The notes beneath the pieces are model-generated. The model was given only the letters and a program-made list of their open reading frames with translations. It did no database searches and had not been told where the DNA came from. From positions 18,903-82,902 of the forward strand of contig JANOFO010000011.1 in assembly GCA_031413715.1 (NCBI GenBank): DNA of 64,000 nt. Direction: 5' to 3'. Position 1 is the first letter of the stretch; every line of letters starts with the position of its first letter. Source of the DNA: Minisyncoccota bacterium (GTDB taxonomy: Bacteria; Patescibacteriota; Minisyncoccia; Phycocordibacterales; UBA9973). Both the position numbers and the translations under genes were made by a program. Below are positions 46,478 through 55,898 of this stretch, piece by piece.

Positions 46478-47224
46478 GTGGATAATATAAAAACTCTTAT
46501 AAAACTCGGGCTCACTGGAAAACAAGCACAAGTATACTTGGCTTTGCTTGAGCTTGGTGAATCAACTATGACTCGGATTGCCAGAAAGGCGAACTTGAAG
46601 CGCCCAACAGTTTACTTGGTCATAGATGAATTAAATATGCTTGGCCTCATAAGTGAAGTAGTGAAGGGTAAGAAAAAGTTCTACTCTGCCGTACACCCGA
46701 AGCGACTCGTAGAGATTGCGAAGTTTCGTGCAGGTCAAGCGGAAAAAATATTGCCTGAACTTGTAGCAATTCAAAAAAGTGACATGAAACCAAAAATCAG
46801 AATGCTCGAGGGAGTATCAGGTGCACGGATTGCGTATCAAGAGGCATTTGCATCGCTCAACAACAAAGAGGAAGGCTTATGGCTCGGCAATATAACATTT
46901 ATGGTAGAAAATTTCCCTGAATTACTCCAAGAGTACAATGTCTTGATTAAGAAGATTCGAGATCCGCACATCCGCGAACTCATTTACGGAGGTGAAAAGA
47001 GCAGAGAGTGGGTTCAAAATATGCAAGATAAGATTCCAAAGAATCATTTCATAAAATATTTTGGCGAAGGAAAAGGTTTCGGTATAACTGATCAATTTAT
47101 AATAGGGAACCAAATTATTAATTTTTCTCTAGGGAAAGAAATCTTTGTTCTCATTATTGAAAGCAAAGAAATAGCTCAAAGCCAACGGGCGCTCTTTGAA
47201 ATACTCTGGGAGAAAACAAAATAA
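46478..47224 (+). CDS. TrmB-family transcriptional regulator (paralog 3 of 4), divergent from the ABC transporter operon
   Basis: LGLTGKQAQVYLALLELGESTMTRIARKANLKRPTVYLVIDELNMLGLI HTH; apparent GTG start. Confidence 0.7.
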   Translation: MDNIKTLIKLGLTGKQAQVYLALLELGESTMTRIARKANLKRPTVYLVIDELNMLGLISEVVKGKKKFYSAVHPKRLVEIAKFRAGQAEKILPELVAIQKSDMKPKIRMLEGVSGARIAYQEAFASLNNKEEGLWLGNITFMVENFPELLQEYNVLIKKIRDPHIRELIYGGEKSREWVQNMQDKIPKNHFIKYFGEGKGFGITDQFIIGNQIINFSLGKEIFVLIIESKEIAQSQRALFEILWEKTK

Positions 47225-47252
47225 AAACACACTCGAATTCGAGTGTGTTTTT
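47223..47252. terminator. Perfect palindrome aaaaacacactcgaattcgagtgtgttttt between convergent genes
   Basis: Seen directly. Confidence 0.7.
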
Positions 47253-47267
47253 ATAAAAGCCCACAAA

Positions 47268-47882
47268 CTATTTCACCAACACAGTAACTGTGACTTCTAC
47301 TACCTCATTGGCAAATTTTTGATCGATTCCGAATTCTTTCATGTCTATATTGAATTTAGCAACGTATCTTTCTGGGTATGTCTGCTCAATAATTGCATCG
47401 AAGCTAACATTCTTGGACACGCCATGAATCGTCATGACACCAGAGATTTTGCCATCTTTAGACGGAGTTAATTTAAATGTTGCAGTTGGGTACTTGGCCA
47501 CATCAAAGAATGCATCTGTCTTTAGATGTTTCGTGACTGCTTCAGTGTCAGTTGTTAGGGAGTTCATATCTACTGTGACTTCACCCTTCAAATCATTGCC
47601 ACTAAAAGAAAGTTTAGAATCTATCTTGCTGAAAGATCCACTGTGAACCTTGCCCGGACCAAAACCCTTGAATGCTATTTTCACACTAGCGTTATCAACT
47701 TCCTTGTTTGAGACAATGTTATTTGTGGTGACTTCGCTCACTTTAGGATCAGCTGAACTGGTCGCACTGTTTACCTCGGTTACATTTGCTACTGGTACTA
47801 AAGCATCTGGTTTTGTCTGAATCGCAAACCATACAACTACAACAAGAATGATTATAATTAAAACAATTGCAATTTTTTTCAT
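47268..47882 (-). CDS. YceI-like polyisoprenoid-binding domain protein with N-terminal membrane anchor
   Basis: TM anchor; KIAFKGFGPGKVHSGSF... and MTIHGVSKNVSF motifs typical of YceI. Confidence 0.75.
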   Translation of the reverse strand: MKKIAIVLIIIILVVVVWFAIQTKPDALVPVANVTEVNSATSSADPKVSEVTTNNIVSNKEVDNASVKIAFKGFGPGKVHSGSFSKIDSKLSFSGNDLKGEVTVDMNSLTTDTEAVTKHLKTDAFFDVAKYPTATFKLTPSKDGKISGVMTIHGVSKNVSFDAIIEQTYPERYVAKFNIDMKEFGIDQKFANEVVEVTVTVLVK

Positions 47883-47994
47883 ATATTTAAAATAAATATT
47901 ACTAATAGATTGATATTATACACGAATGGTGTAAAAATAAAAAAGATCTGTTTATAACAGATCTACCATCAATCAGGATGGGGCTGGTTTAGTT

Positions 47995-48114
47995 TTATAC
48001 AGGTGACCCTTTAGAAGGGTCAAATACAAATAATATGTATGCTATCGCTATGATAGCAACATAGAAAATTACTTCCTGCCATAATGGCAGGCCCTGTTTA
48101 GTTTCTCTTGTCAT
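47995..48114 (-). CDS. Candidate small membrane protein (39 aa) with its own promoter and terminator
   Basis: MTRETKQGLPLWQEVIFYVAIIAIAYILFVFDPSKGSPV; upstream TTGCTT-N16-TGcTATAAT (48125-48152); downstream hairpin agatctgtt-ata-aacagatct then TTTTTTATTTTT. Confidence 0.35.
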   Translation of the reverse strand: MTRETKQGLPLWQEVIFYVAIIAIAYILFVFDPSKGSPV

Positions 48115-48154
48115 ATTCTTTTGTATTATAGCACGAAATCAACAAAAAGCAAAA

Positions 48155-48952
48155 TTATTTTATTTCGAGCACGATAGGGCAGTGGTCAGAACCCATAGCT
48201 TCAGAAAGTATGGATGCAGATTTTACTTTAGATTTTAATTTTGCAGATACGAGGAAGTAGTCGATCCGCCAGCCGACGTTGCGCTCGCGAGCTCCGGCAA
48301 AGTGACTCCACCAAGTGTAGTGACCATTGCCTTTCGTAAACATTCGGAATGTATCTATGAATCCTGCATCGACGAAATTCTGAAATCCTTCGCGCTCCTC
48401 GTCTGTAAATCCTTTATTGCCTTCATTTTCCTTCGGACGGGCAAGATCATCCGGTGTGTGAGCAACATTGAGGTCCCCACAGAAAATTACTGGTTTATGT
48501 TTCTCAAGTTCCTTCATATATGCGAGGAATGCTTTATCCCAAACTTTGTGGCGGAGGGGAATACGAGAGAGGTCATCCTTGGCATTCGGAGTATAAACCG
48601 TGACGACAAAAAATTTTTCAAATTCGGCTGCTATCACTCTGCCTTCGGCATTCGCATCGCCATATTTATCTGCAACCAGTTTAAATTTCTTGGCGATCTT
48701 TGCGGGAATATCAAGCATAACTGAAATAGGTACTGCTCGCGTAAATATAGCCGTACCGCTGTAGCCTTTCTTTCCACTCGATGAGTTCCAGTATTCCTCG
48801 TACTCGGGGAGATCAACTTCGGATTGATGCTGTTCAGCTTTTGTCTCTTGCAAACAAATAATGTCGGGCTTGTATTTCTTCACAAAAGGAACAAATAGAC
48901 CTTTCTTATGAACTGCGCGGATACCATTTACGTTCCAAGAGATGATTTTCAT
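48155..48952 (-). CDS. xth: Exodeoxyribonuclease III
   Basis: MKIISWNVNGIRAVHKK..., ...DHCPIVLEI ExoIII/APE motifs. Confidence 0.9.
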   Translation of the reverse strand: MKIISWNVNGIRAVHKKGLFVPFVKKYKPDIICLQETKAEQHQSEVDLPEYEEYWNSSSGKKGYSGTAIFTRAVPISVMLDIPAKIAKKFKLVADKYGDANAEGRVIAAEFEKFFVVTVYTPNAKDDLSRIPLRHKVWDKAFLAYMKELEKHKPVIFCGDLNVAHTPDDLARPKENEGNKGFTDEEREGFQNFVDAGFIDTFRMFTKGNGHYTWWSHFAGARERNVGWRIDYFLVSAKLKSKVKSASILSEAMGSDHCPIVLEIK

Positions 48953-49105
48953 AAATACAGTGTATCAGATATTTTACCTTTGACTCAGTAACCCCGCTGT
49001 GTTAGATTGTCTGAGTAATGAGTAAATTAGTTTAACCCCCCAGTCCTAATTTACTTTTGTTCTCAATGGGGAAGTACAACCGCTCTTTTTACAGGAGCGG
49101 TCCTT

Positions 49106-50032
49106 TTATTTCCCCTTGCTGTGAAACTTTTTATGCACGTCTCGCAGTTGTGCATCAGTGACGTGCGTATATATCTGAGTAGTAGCGATATTGGCATGAC
49201 CTAGCATTATCTGCACCGAGCGGATGTCGGCGCCGTTTGATAGTAAATCAGTGGCAAAGCAATGGCGAATGACGTGCGGAGTAACTTTTTTCGAAATACC
49301 TGCTTTGATGGCACACTGTTTTACAATCCGCTCGATTGAACGGCGAGCGAGGGGCTTTATGTCACTAGTGTTTTTTATTTCACTACCAATCTGAACAAAC
49401 AGAGCATCAGACATGTCCTTCCTTAGGGATAAATACTTTTTCAAAGTAGCTCGGGCTTCTTCTGAGATGAATACAACTCTTATCTTGCCACCCTTGCCAC
49501 GGATAGAGAACTCGCCTTGAGTAAAATCAATATCATTTGTAAGTGAACAAAGCTCAGACACGCGTAAGCCAGTAGAAAATAAAAGTTCAAGAATAGATCT
49601 ATCTCGTAGAGATTTTATATCATCACCTGGAGATGCCGCAAGGAGGCGAGTAAGCTCGCTGTTTGAGATGAGATCAAGGTGGCGCTCGGGAACTTTGGCC
49701 AAGTCTATCTCTTCTGCTGACATTGATTTTATATTTTTACGAGTGAGGTATTTCAAAAAAACTCTAAGCGCGATCATATAGTAATTCTGTGTTTTCCTTG
49801 AGACTGTTTTCCCTGTTGCTCTGTTATTGCCCATAGACTGACGATTGAGCCACAAGCGAAACTCCCGTACCGATGTGCTGTTTATGTCTTCTGGATTTTT
49901 AGCTTTTGAAAATGTCAGGAATCGAGTAATGTAATGGTCATAATTCTCCACTGTCTTTAAACTCCTTCCTTTTTCAATCTCTATATGCTCAAGGAATTCT
50001 CTCTTTAGTTGTTCTAATTTTGTAGTAGCCAT
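49106..50032 (-). CDS. xerC: Tyrosine site-specific recombinase XerC/XerD family
   Basis: R...HxxR...Y active-site residues (IRHCFATDLLSNGADIRSVQIMLGHANIATTQIYTHV); start placed at internal ATG 50032 (MATTKLEQL...); C versus D not distinguishable. Confidence 0.8.
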   Translation of the reverse strand: MATTKLEQLKREFLEHIEIEKGRSLKTVENYDHYITRFLTFSKAKNPEDINSTSVREFRLWLNRQSMGNNRATGKTVSRKTQNYYMIALRVFLKYLTRKNIKSMSAEEIDLAKVPERHLDLISNSELTRLLAASPGDDIKSLRDRSILELLFSTGLRVSELCSLTNDIDFTQGEFSIRGKGGKIRVVFISEEARATLKKYLSLRKDMSDALFVQIGSEIKNTSDIKPLARRSIERIVKQCAIKAGISKKVTPHVIRHCFATDLLSNGADIRSVQIMLGHANIATTQIYTHVTDAQLRDVHKKFHSKGK

Positions 50033-50114
50033 TGTAGTGCCTGCACTGCGTAGCCAAGGCGAAGTAGTGTCGCACAATAATTGTAGCATATATAAACTTT
50101 GTATATAACAAGAA

Positions 50115-50882
50115 TTAATTATATAAATCAATTCTCCTGTCTTTGAACAAATCATTATATTGATTCCATTTTTTATTGCGCGACCTTTCTATATCAACAT
50201 CAATTACTACCACTGCTTCAGCAGTATCAGCTTTTGAAAGAGTAGCTCCTCGATTATCAATAATCTCACTTCCCCCTTGAAATATTTGTCCCCGTTCTTT
50301 TCCAATTCGATTGACAATAATCGAGAAAACTCCATTTTCGATACTTCGTGCCCGCATCATAGTAAATCCATAATCAAAAACAAAATTAGCAGTGTTACAG
50401 AAAATATCAGCTCCTTCTAATGCGAGCGATCTCCAGTATTCAGGAAACATATAATCGTAACAAACGCCGAGGCCAATACGAACACCTCTCCACTCGAACA
50501 GTGTCGGCTTAGTCATACCTATATCGAACAAAAGTTTTTCTTTTAGAAACAAATGTGATTTTTGGTGCCGCGTGATCACCCCTTCAGGTCCGACGGCAAT
50601 TGCACTACTAAATACTTTTCCATCTCTCAATTCAGGCATACCAAAAATAAGACAAGCGTTATTGTCTTTTGCAATACAAATAAGTTCTTTGACGCTATTG
50701 CCGTTAAGCGGTTCTGCTAGCGATAAAAGTTCTTCTCTACTTGAAACCATATATCCAGTAATACACATTTCAGGAAGAACCAGCAGGTCAGCTTTTGCAT
50801 TCTCAACAAGTTCTTTAATTTTGGCAATATTTTTTGACTTCTCGCCAAATTGCGGATCAAATTGTACATATCCTATTTTCAT
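50115..50882 (-). CDS. Carbon-nitrogen hydrolase (nitrilase superfamily)
   Basis: LLVLPEMCITGY and GVCYDYMFPE motifs (Glu-Lys-Cys triad context). Confidence 0.8.
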   Translation of the reverse strand: MKIGYVQFDPQFGEKSKNIAKIKELVENAKADLLVLPEMCITGYMVSSREELLSLAEPLNGNSVKELICIAKDNNACLIFGMPELRDGKVFSSAIAVGPEGVITRHQKSHLFLKEKLLFDIGMTKPTLFEWRGVRIGLGVCYDYMFPEYWRSLALEGADIFCNTANFVFDYGFTMMRARSIENGVFSIIVNRIGKERGQIFQGGSEIIDNRGATLSKADTAEAVVVIDVDIERSRNKKWNQYNDLFKDRRIDLYN

Positions 50883-50885
50883 ATT

Positions 50886-52442
50886 TTATTTCAAAACACC
50901 AACTGTTTCTTCGACAGCTGCGATAATAGTATATTCAACAACAAGCTTTCTCATTTGTTCGATATCTCGATAATATTCTCTATCTTCGGTAATCGGAGGA
51001 ACTACACCTCTTATTATTTTGAGTGCAGTCGCACCTGCAAGCGAAGGAGAAAGCGGGCTTCTAACTTGATAAGCTTGAGCGGCGGCCATTAACTCAATAG
51101 CGACAACATACTGAGCATTTTTAATTATTTGCATGCATTTTTGCGCAGCAATTGAGCCCATCGAAACGTGGTCTTCCTGATTAGCAGAAACTGGGATACT
51201 ATCTACTGAAGCCGGGTGGGCAAGGATCTTGTTCTCTGACACAAGTGCCGCCTGTGAATATTGAGCGACCATAAGCCCGCTGTTTAACCCTCTGTCTTCG
51301 TCTTTACCTTGCACTAGAAATGCTGGCATTCCACCGTTTAATGCAGGATCGAGTAGGTTATTGGTACGACGCTCGGAAATATTGGCAATTTCACTCATTG
51401 CTATACCTAGAGCATCCATGGCAATACCAACGGGTTCACCGTGAAAGTTACCACCTGTCAGACATATTTCCTCTTTAGTAAAGTAAAGTGGATTATCTGC
51501 ACATGAATTTATCTCAATTTCAACTTGCTGTTTCGCAAAGTCGAGAGTGTCCCGGCATGCACCGACTACTTGCGGTGTACACCGCAAACTATATGCGTTC
51601 TGGACGCTTTGTTTCGGTTGCTTGAGAATCTCACTACCCGCAATAAGTGTTCGTATATTTTCAGCACTTTCATTTTGGCCTTTGAAAGGACGGAGTGCAT
51701 GATAGCGGGCATCGTAGGCAAGCTCGACACAGTTAAGTGCATCGATAGTCATAGCGGCCGATATTTCAGAAGTACGAATAAGCCGTTCACTTTCATATAC
51801 ATCAAAACAAGCATATGAAGTGGTGAATTGCGTACCATTAATAAGTGCAAGTCCTTCACGATACATAAGCTTGACTGGTTCAATGCCAGCTTTCTCCATT
51901 GCTAGAGCTCCTTCATACAGAGTTCCTTCATAGAAAGCCTGACCTTCACCAAAGACAACCAACCCCATTTGCGAAAGCGGAGCAAGATCTCCACTGGTAC
52001 CAACAGAACCTTTCTCGCAAATAAAAGGAGTTACACCCTTGTTAAGCATATCTCTCATTGTTTCAAGAATAATAGGTCGAACTCCAGAGTAACCTTTAGC
52101 TAAAACATTCATGCGAAGCAATATGCAAGCACGCGATATCTCTTCTCGAACTGGATCACCAACGCCCGAAGCATGAGCGCGGACCATTCTATAAGAGAGC
52201 TCGATGGTTTTCTCTTTTGGTAAAATTGAATTACCAAAAGCTCCAACACCAGTGTTGGTACCATACATGACTTTGCCATCGGCCATCATTTTCTCAAGTG
52301 TGTTCCAGTTTTTTTGAACAGATTCAATAATATCAATCGGAATAGTGACTTTCGCTTTATATCGAGCAACCGCTACGACATCTTCTACTGATAAACCCTC
52401 TCCGACAATTCTAACCTCTCTTATTTTTAATGCATCTTTCAT
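50886..52442 (-). CDS. Histidine/aromatic amino-acid ammonia-lyase family (MIO-dependent); TSG in place of the canonical ASG triad
   Basis: 518 aa; GSVGTSGDLAPLSQ MIO region; overall HAL/PAL architecture. Confidence 0.8.
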   Translation of the reverse strand: MKDALKIREVRIVGEGLSVEDVVAVARYKAKVTIPIDIIESVQKNWNTLEKMMADGKVMYGTNTGVGAFGNSILPKEKTIELSYRMVRAHASGVGDPVREEISRACILLRMNVLAKGYSGVRPIILETMRDMLNKGVTPFICEKGSVGTSGDLAPLSQMGLVVFGEGQAFYEGTLYEGALAMEKAGIEPVKLMYREGLALINGTQFTTSYACFDVYESERLIRTSEISAAMTIDALNCVELAYDARYHALRPFKGQNESAENIRTLIAGSEILKQPKQSVQNAYSLRCTPQVVGACRDTLDFAKQQVEIEINSCADNPLYFTKEEICLTGGNFHGEPVGIAMDALGIAMSEIANISERRTNNLLDPALNGGMPAFLVQGKDEDRGLNSGLMVAQYSQAALVSENKILAHPASVDSIPVSANQEDHVSMGSIAAQKCMQIIKNAQYVVAIELMAAAQAYQVRSPLSPSLAGATALKIIRGVVPPITEDREYYRDIEQMRKLVVEYTIIAAVEETVGVLK

Positions 52443-52531
52443 ATATTTATTTTTTAATTAATAATCTTCCTTGATTATGAGGAAGAAAAGATATTGGAGA
52501 GAATCACAGGAAACCCTCCAATATTAATTTT

Positions 52532-52723
52532 TCATCGTAATCTCTCCCCAACAAAAGGAACTATTTTCTTTGCTGTATCTTCCTCTGTTTGAAAATCAAT
52601 TCTTTCAAAGCACAGAGAGCAATAAGGCTTAGAAACTGCCCTATCTTTATCGAGACTTTCTTCGTATCTTGGATAAATTAATTTGTGTTTACCATCTGGT
52701 GATTTTTCACATTTTTTCTCCAT
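52532..52723 (-). CDS. Small Cys-containing hypothetical protein
   Basis: 63 aa from internal ATG (MEKKCEKSPDGKHKLIYPRYEE...CSLCFERIDFQ); start uncertain. Confidence 0.35.
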   Translation of the reverse strand: MEKKCEKSPDGKHKLIYPRYEESLDKDRAVSKPYCSLCFERIDFQTEEDTAKKIVPFVGERLR

Positions 52724-52742
52724 GTTTAAGATATTTAAGTTG

Positions 52743-53348
52743 TTATCTAAAATTTGAATTAAAAGAATTTGGTTCATTACGATAATTGCGAAATCCCTTT
52801 TCATAATTTTCGGCTAACTTTAAGTTTTTAATTTTAAGATAATTAAGAATCATCAAAAAATCACGTTTATTATTATCATTAACCCCAGTACTATGTCCGT
52901 TTCTCCAATATACTTCATCATCTAAGTTAATTTTTTCTAAAAGTTGAATAAGTTGTTGTTCACTCAACTTTCTACAATTTAAATCAATTGTCTGCTTATA
53001 CAAATCAAGTAATTTAAATAAAACCTGAAGCAATCCAACAAAATCATTTGTACTAAAATGTGTTGCCTTTAGGTTTTCAAAATCAGACGAATCAAATTCA
53101 TTTTTTTGAAACTTTGTAATAATTCTGAAGAAATCTTCTAATTTTATAAAGTTAAATTTTTCATCTAACTCTTGTTCAATATCGTCAAGAACTCTTAAGC
53201 AAAATGGTCCTTTTTCAGGGTTGGAATTTGCTTCTGGCAACCATACATCAATTTCTGCTGATATAGTTGTTAGCAATGTTTGATTTTGGCGTAACGCATA
53301 AGCTCCTCCAAACCTTTCTTTTTCAAATTGATCTCTTAATTTTCTCAT
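52743..53348 (-). CDS. Hypothetical protein
   Basis: 201 aa ORF, no motif recognized. Confidence 0.5.
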   Translation of the reverse strand: MRKLRDQFEKERFGGAYALRQNQTLLTTISAEIDVWLPEANSNPEKGPFCLRVLDDIEQELDEKFNFIKLEDFFRIITKFQKNEFDSSDFENLKATHFSTNDFVGLLQVLFKLLDLYKQTIDLNCRKLSEQQLIQLLEKINLDDEVYWRNGHSTGVNDNNKRDFLMILNYLKIKNLKLAENYEKGFRNYRNEPNSFNSNFR

Positions 53349-53425
53349 TTGAATAATTTTTAATGTACAGAGCAGTTATTTATGGTAGGTGACAAACCTC
53401 TTTGTTGATCAGGGACAACACGAGA

Positions 53426-53455
53426 AACCCCTTCTTAAAAACTTAAGAAGGGGTT
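53426..53455. terminator. Hairpin aaccccttcttaa-aaac-ttaagaaggggtt
   Basis: 13-bp stem downstream of the yerC-like gene. Confidence 0.6.
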
Positions 53456-53481
53456 GGTTTCTAATCGCTTTGCGCTTTTGC

Positions 53482-53823
53482 CTATGTACTAGAATACAAT
53501 CCTTTCCCAAGTTTGGTAGGATTGTGATGATGAGCGATTCTATCGAGTATAAGACGGTAGCCACCTAAACTGCCTTTGAGCCACTTGGAAATGCGGGCGA
53601 TAGTGGTAGAAGAAAGGCCGGTCTGCTCGATAATAGCGGCATACTGAGTATCACGAGAGAGGAGGCGAGCGGCTTCTAGGCGCTTGCCGAATTCCTCGAT
53701 CTCGCCTTCGGTCATGAGATCACGAAGAAAACGCTTTGCCTCATCAGCAGTTTCTAAAGAGAGGATTGCCTGTAGTAATTGATTATTCACTTTTTTGTTC
53801 CAATTTATTTCCATATATTCCAC
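53482..53823 (-). CDS. YerC/YecD-family (TrpR-like) protein
   Basis: ...AKRFLRDLMTEGEIEEFGKRLEAARLL...TGLSSTTIARISKWLK... matches the TrpR-like YerC family. Confidence 0.7.
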   Translation of the reverse strand: MEYMEINWNKKVNNQLLQAILSLETADEAKRFLRDLMTEGEIEEFGKRLEAARLLSRDTQYAAIIEQTGLSSTTIARISKWLKGSLGGYRLILDRIAHHHNPTKLGKGLYSST

Positions 53824-53910
53824 TTTAGCAAACTAAAGTACTTTAGTCAAGTAAAGTTACCCACATTATTCTCAGTCAGGAAGGGGTTATAAGGAAAGGC
53901 CATGTGAAAC

Positions 53911-53939
53911 TTGCATTTTTGGGCAATATGTGCTAGTAT
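53911..53939 (+). promoter_or_regulatory. Promoter TTGCAT-N17-TGcTAGTAT placed so that rpsO would be leaderless
   Basis: -10 ends 8 nt before ATG 53948. Confidence 0.5.
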
Positions 53940-53947
53940 ATACGGAC

Positions 53948-54208
53948 ATGTTAACAGTAAAGAAAAAGCAGAATATTATAAAGAAAAGCCAGCTTCATGA
54001 CAAAGACACTGGTTCACCTGAAGTGCAGATAGCCATTCTAAGCAAAAGGATTGATGAGCTTGCAAGCCACCTAAAGGAGCATAAGAAAGACAACCACTCC
54101 CGGCGCGGACTTATCAAGATGGTTGCAGATCGCAGAGGTCATCTGAAACACCTAGAGAAGACAGACAAGACTCGCTTTATGACTCAGACTAAAAAACTAA
54201 AAGTTTAA
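53948..54208 (+). CDS. rpsO: 30S ribosomal protein S15
   Basis: MLTVKKKQNIIKKSQLHDKDTGSPEVQIAILSKRIDELASHLKEHKKDNHSRRGL canonical S15. Confidence 0.9.
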   Translation: MLTVKKKQNIIKKSQLHDKDTGSPEVQIAILSKRIDELASHLKEHKKDNHSRRGLIKMVADRRGHLKHLEKTDKTRFMTQTKKLKV

Positions 54209-54212
54209 CAAG

Positions 54213-54238
54213 ATGTCTCGCAAGAGGCATTTTGTTTT
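54213..54238 (+). terminator. rpsO terminator hairpin atgtctc-gcaa-gaggcat plus TTTGTTTT
   Basis: Seen directly. Confidence 0.6.
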
Positions 54239-54332
54239 GCTACACCCCGTAGTAGATTTTAATAATGTTCTGATTTATCAGAACGTCTCAAAGACTTTAT
54301 TAAAATTCACTATCGGGGTACAATAGATATAC

Positions 54333-54833
54333 ATGATAATTAAACATAAGGAGCAAAGGGTGGGGGTTTTCATAGACACATCGAATCTCTACCACAGCGC
54401 AAAAAATTTATATAAAAGGAAAGTGAACTTCGGAGCTGTACTTAAGGATGCAGTCGCTGGGAGGAAGCTAGTACGCGCCACAGCTTATGTCATAACAAGC
54501 GAGGGAGGAAGTGAAAAAAGCTTCTTCGACGCGCTGACCAAGCTCGGAATTGAAACTAAGACAAAAGAACTCCAGATATTCTCGGGTGGCGCTAAAAAGG
54601 GCGACTGGGATGTAGGTATTACTGTAGATGCTATGAAAATGGCGCCTAGGCTTGATGCTGTGATTCTAGTGGCGGGAGACGGAGATTTCATTCCTCTTGT
54701 TGAGTACCTCCAAGGACTATTGGTCCAGGTGGAAGTAGTATCTTTCGGCAAATCAACATCCATGAAGCTCAAAGACATCGCCGACGACTTCCTCGACCTC
54801 TCCGAGAACCCTAGAAAATATTTAATACATTAA
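54333..54833 (+). CDS. NYN-domain (LabA/YacP-like) protein
   Basis: VFIDTSNLY...DWDVGITVDAM...ILVAGDGDFIPLV Asp residues of the NYN nuclease fold. Confidence 0.75.
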   Translation: MIIKHKEQRVGVFIDTSNLYHSAKNLYKRKVNFGAVLKDAVAGRKLVRATAYVITSEGGSEKSFFDALTKLGIETKTKELQIFSGGAKKGDWDVGITVDAMKMAPRLDAVILVAGDGDFIPLVEYLQGLLVQVEVVSFGKSTSMKLKDIADDFLDLSENPRKYLIH

Positions 54834-54899
54834 GATAAAAAATAACCGCCATTCAAATCTGAATAACGGTTGTTTTAATACTTCTTTAATTAGTTTAAA

Positions 54900-55625
54900 T
54901 TAAGCTGCTGTCTCTATTAAAAAAGGCCAGCATTTTTCTTCTCCAAAAACTTCACCGTCGTCATGTAAATTACTTGAATTTAACAATGAATTAGAAACTG
55001 AAAAAAGATATCCCTTTTCAGAAATAAATCGGTGATTTTTTTCCCTTTTAACAAAGACATCAACTCTCAAAGATTTATTGTCTTTTACAAGAACCTCGCG
55101 GAAATCTTCCATAAGGATATTACCCTTGTTAACTTCTTTGATGATTCCATCAATGACAGAAAACGTTTCGTCGTCATTCTTGTAACAAAGCTGAACGAAA
55201 TTCCCAATTTCTTTCGACAAAGCGCTTCTTATTTCTCCAATAAAAGTTTTATAAAGTTCTAAACCTTCACCGATATCAAAAAACTTTTTTGTTTGTTCAT
55301 AGCCTGGCAAAATTGGTATTTCGCCAAAGGCGTTGTCCAATCTTATGATTTTTTTCTGAGGCAACTTTTGGTCATTCGCATCATGGAAATCCCCATAATA
55401 ATCAGCTTGCAATGTATTTTCATTAATGAAAACAACATTAAAAAAATTGACGGCTTCTTCAATTGACAATCCAATGTCACTAATCCTGCCTAAGCAAAGA
55501 CTGATGATATTTTTACCTTTCAATCTCCCTTTTATTTCTTCTACCATAATGTTGTAAAGAGCAGAAAAAGTCACAATGTTTGTTCTCTGTGTGTTAGGGT
55601 AGCCCCTAAAAACTATACTTTTCAT
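54900..55625 (-). CDS. Hypothetical protein
   Basis: 241 aa ORF, no motif recognized. Confidence 0.5.
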   Translation of the reverse strand: MKSIVFRGYPNTQRTNIVTFSALYNIMVEEIKGRLKGKNIISLCLGRISDIGLSIEEAVNFFNVVFINENTLQADYYGDFHDANDQKLPQKKIIRLDNAFGEIPILPGYEQTKKFFDIGEGLELYKTFIGEIRSALSKEIGNFVQLCYKNDDETFSVIDGIIKEVNKGNILMEDFREVLVKDNKSLRVDVFVKREKNHRFISEKGYLFSVSNSLLNSSNLHDDGEVFGEEKCWPFLIETAA

Positions 55626-55835
55626 AACTGTATTTTATTTGATGATTTGAATATTCGATCGGAGTATAACCCTATTTATAAAAAAAGTAAATGTGGAATA
55701 AAGAATAGTTTTCTGCTATGCTAATAACATTAATAGGGATAATCAGTTATTCTCCAGACAAATAGAATTGAAACCATATGAGGAAAGCGTTTCAAGCCTA
55801 GAGTCTGTAGAATAGCTCACCCGGTAGTGAATTTT

Positions 55836-55870
55836 GGCGAAGTGCAAAGCACGCTCTTGAGAGCATCGCC
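55836..55870 (+). promoter_or_regulatory. Structured element in the pnp 5' leader (nested hairpins ggcga...tcgcc)
   Basis: ggcgaagtgcaaagcacgctcttgagagcatcgcc ~30 nt upstream of the pnp ATG. Confidence 0.35.
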
Positions 55871-55898
55871 GAAATCTACTATCCGGGTCACAATATAT

